A stretch of DNA of 11,299 nt from a bacterium. Its GTDB lineage: Bacteria > SAR324 > NAC60-12. Position 1 is the stretch's first letter, and every line of letters begins with the position of its first letter. The DNA lies in the NCBI GenBank assembly GCA_965233585.1, contig CBDDTI010000132.1, positions 1 to 11,299 on the forward strand, given 5' to 3'. Below, piece after piece: positions 10,300 to 11,299 of the stretch. The notes under the pieces are model-generated. The model was not told where the DNA came from and did no database searches. It saw only the letters and a program-made list of their open reading frames with translations. The position numbers and the translations under genes are program-made.

Positions 10300-10681
10300 T
10301 GGAGGACTGTGCGTGTTGAACTAAAGACCAATAGTTGAAACACCACAATATGGCTGAACTCGAGGCGATTATTGTAAAAAAATCAACCGCACAATTTCAC
10401 GCTGCACTATTAATCAATTACCGACTCAGTGTACAGGAAAGAATTTATTTTGGTTTCTGCAATATCGCTTCATAAGTCTCCAAAGAACTGAGTACCAGCT
10501 GTTGATCATGTTATGAAATATAACTTCAATTTACTTTTCATTTATTAATTAAGATGAAATGACTGACAGGTTTCGCTTCCTGTCTTTACGATTGATAAAA
10601 AAGCTCTCCTTTATTTACTTTGCAGACGAATGGAAGCCCAAAATATGATGAAAAGAAAACATAGAAATGAATATTTTCTTT

Positions 10682-11299
10682 AATAATAATTTTCTTAATG
10701 GTTTATACTTATGTCCTACCCAACTGTTAAAGTACTCGTCAAATGTTGTAAGCAGTATGCTCGCAGAAATGATAAATCTTTCTATTTCGTTTGGGACGTA
10801 TCCAACTAAATTAAAAATGGCAAAAATCATTCCAATTTTTAAAGCTGAAGATAACACTAATGTGAACAATTATAGGCTTATTTCCTTGCTGTCCAACTTG
10901 AATAGGATCTTCGAAAAATTGGTCTACTCCAGAATGCAATCTTTTATTGAGCAAAATAAAATACTCTCTCCATCTCAATATGGCTTCCGCAAAGCGCATT
11001 CAACTCAGTGTGCAATTCTTGACATTGTAAGTACCATACAGAAAAAGATGGACAAGCGCTTGTTCTCGCGTGGTGTATTTATTGACCTAAAAACAGCTTT
11101 TGACACAGTTGATCATAAAATTCTTTTGCCCAAGTTAGAGCACTATGGTTTTCGTGGTGTTATAAAAAATGGTTCTCATCTTACTTGGATGGTCGAACTC
11201 AAACTACGCTCTTATATATCTAAAACGCAAAATACCACTTGTAGTGTACCGCCAGGCTCAGTCCTAGGCCCATTACTTTTCCTAATCTATATCAAAGAT
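10682..11299 (+). mobile_element. 5'-truncated non-LTR retrotransposon (CR1/L2 group) ORF2 reverse transcriptase fragment, running off the window
   Basis: Frame reads GLYLCPTQLLK...YPTKLKMAKIIPIFK...NYRLISLLSNLNRIFEKLV...SQYGFRKAHST...GVFIDLKTAFDTVDHKILL.KLEHYGFRG...VPPGSVLGPLLFLIYIKD, which are classic LINE RT motifs with several degenerate positions. No stop occurs before the window end, so it is absent from the ORF track. Confidence 0.95.

Noticed and set aside
10615..10999. Minus-strand ORFs 10615-10869 and 10811-10999
   Set aside because: Antisense shadows of the LINE RT frame.

Overview
AT-rich eukaryotic genomic DNA made almost entirely of nested transposable elements. It is probably cnidarian (stony coral), inferred only from my recollection of the repeat families. 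No intact host gene is visible. The centrepiece is a 3.87-kb DNA transposon (3948-7812) with ~485-bp terminal inverted repeats (GG...CC termini) and a perfect 9-bp target-site duplication (CTGTGTCGA), i.e. Mutator/MULE-like. I found no transposase in it, but it carries a spliced, decayed Ulp1/SENP-type (C48) SUMO-protease gene (exons reading HAPKQLNLTDCGIFVRM, FAEYLGR, DMSSLRKLLRRKIV) that the ORF track misses. A tRNA-derived SINE (11-bp TSD) and a 178-bp perfect palindrome centred on a tRNA T-loop (12-bp TSD) are nested inside it. Upstream lies a 572-bp element built from a circularly permuted 296-bp unit with an internal tRNA-like Pol III cassette, an inverted copy and a 13-bp TSD. The right part holds MITE-like elements and a 5'-truncated CR1/L2-group LINE reverse transcriptase running off the window end.
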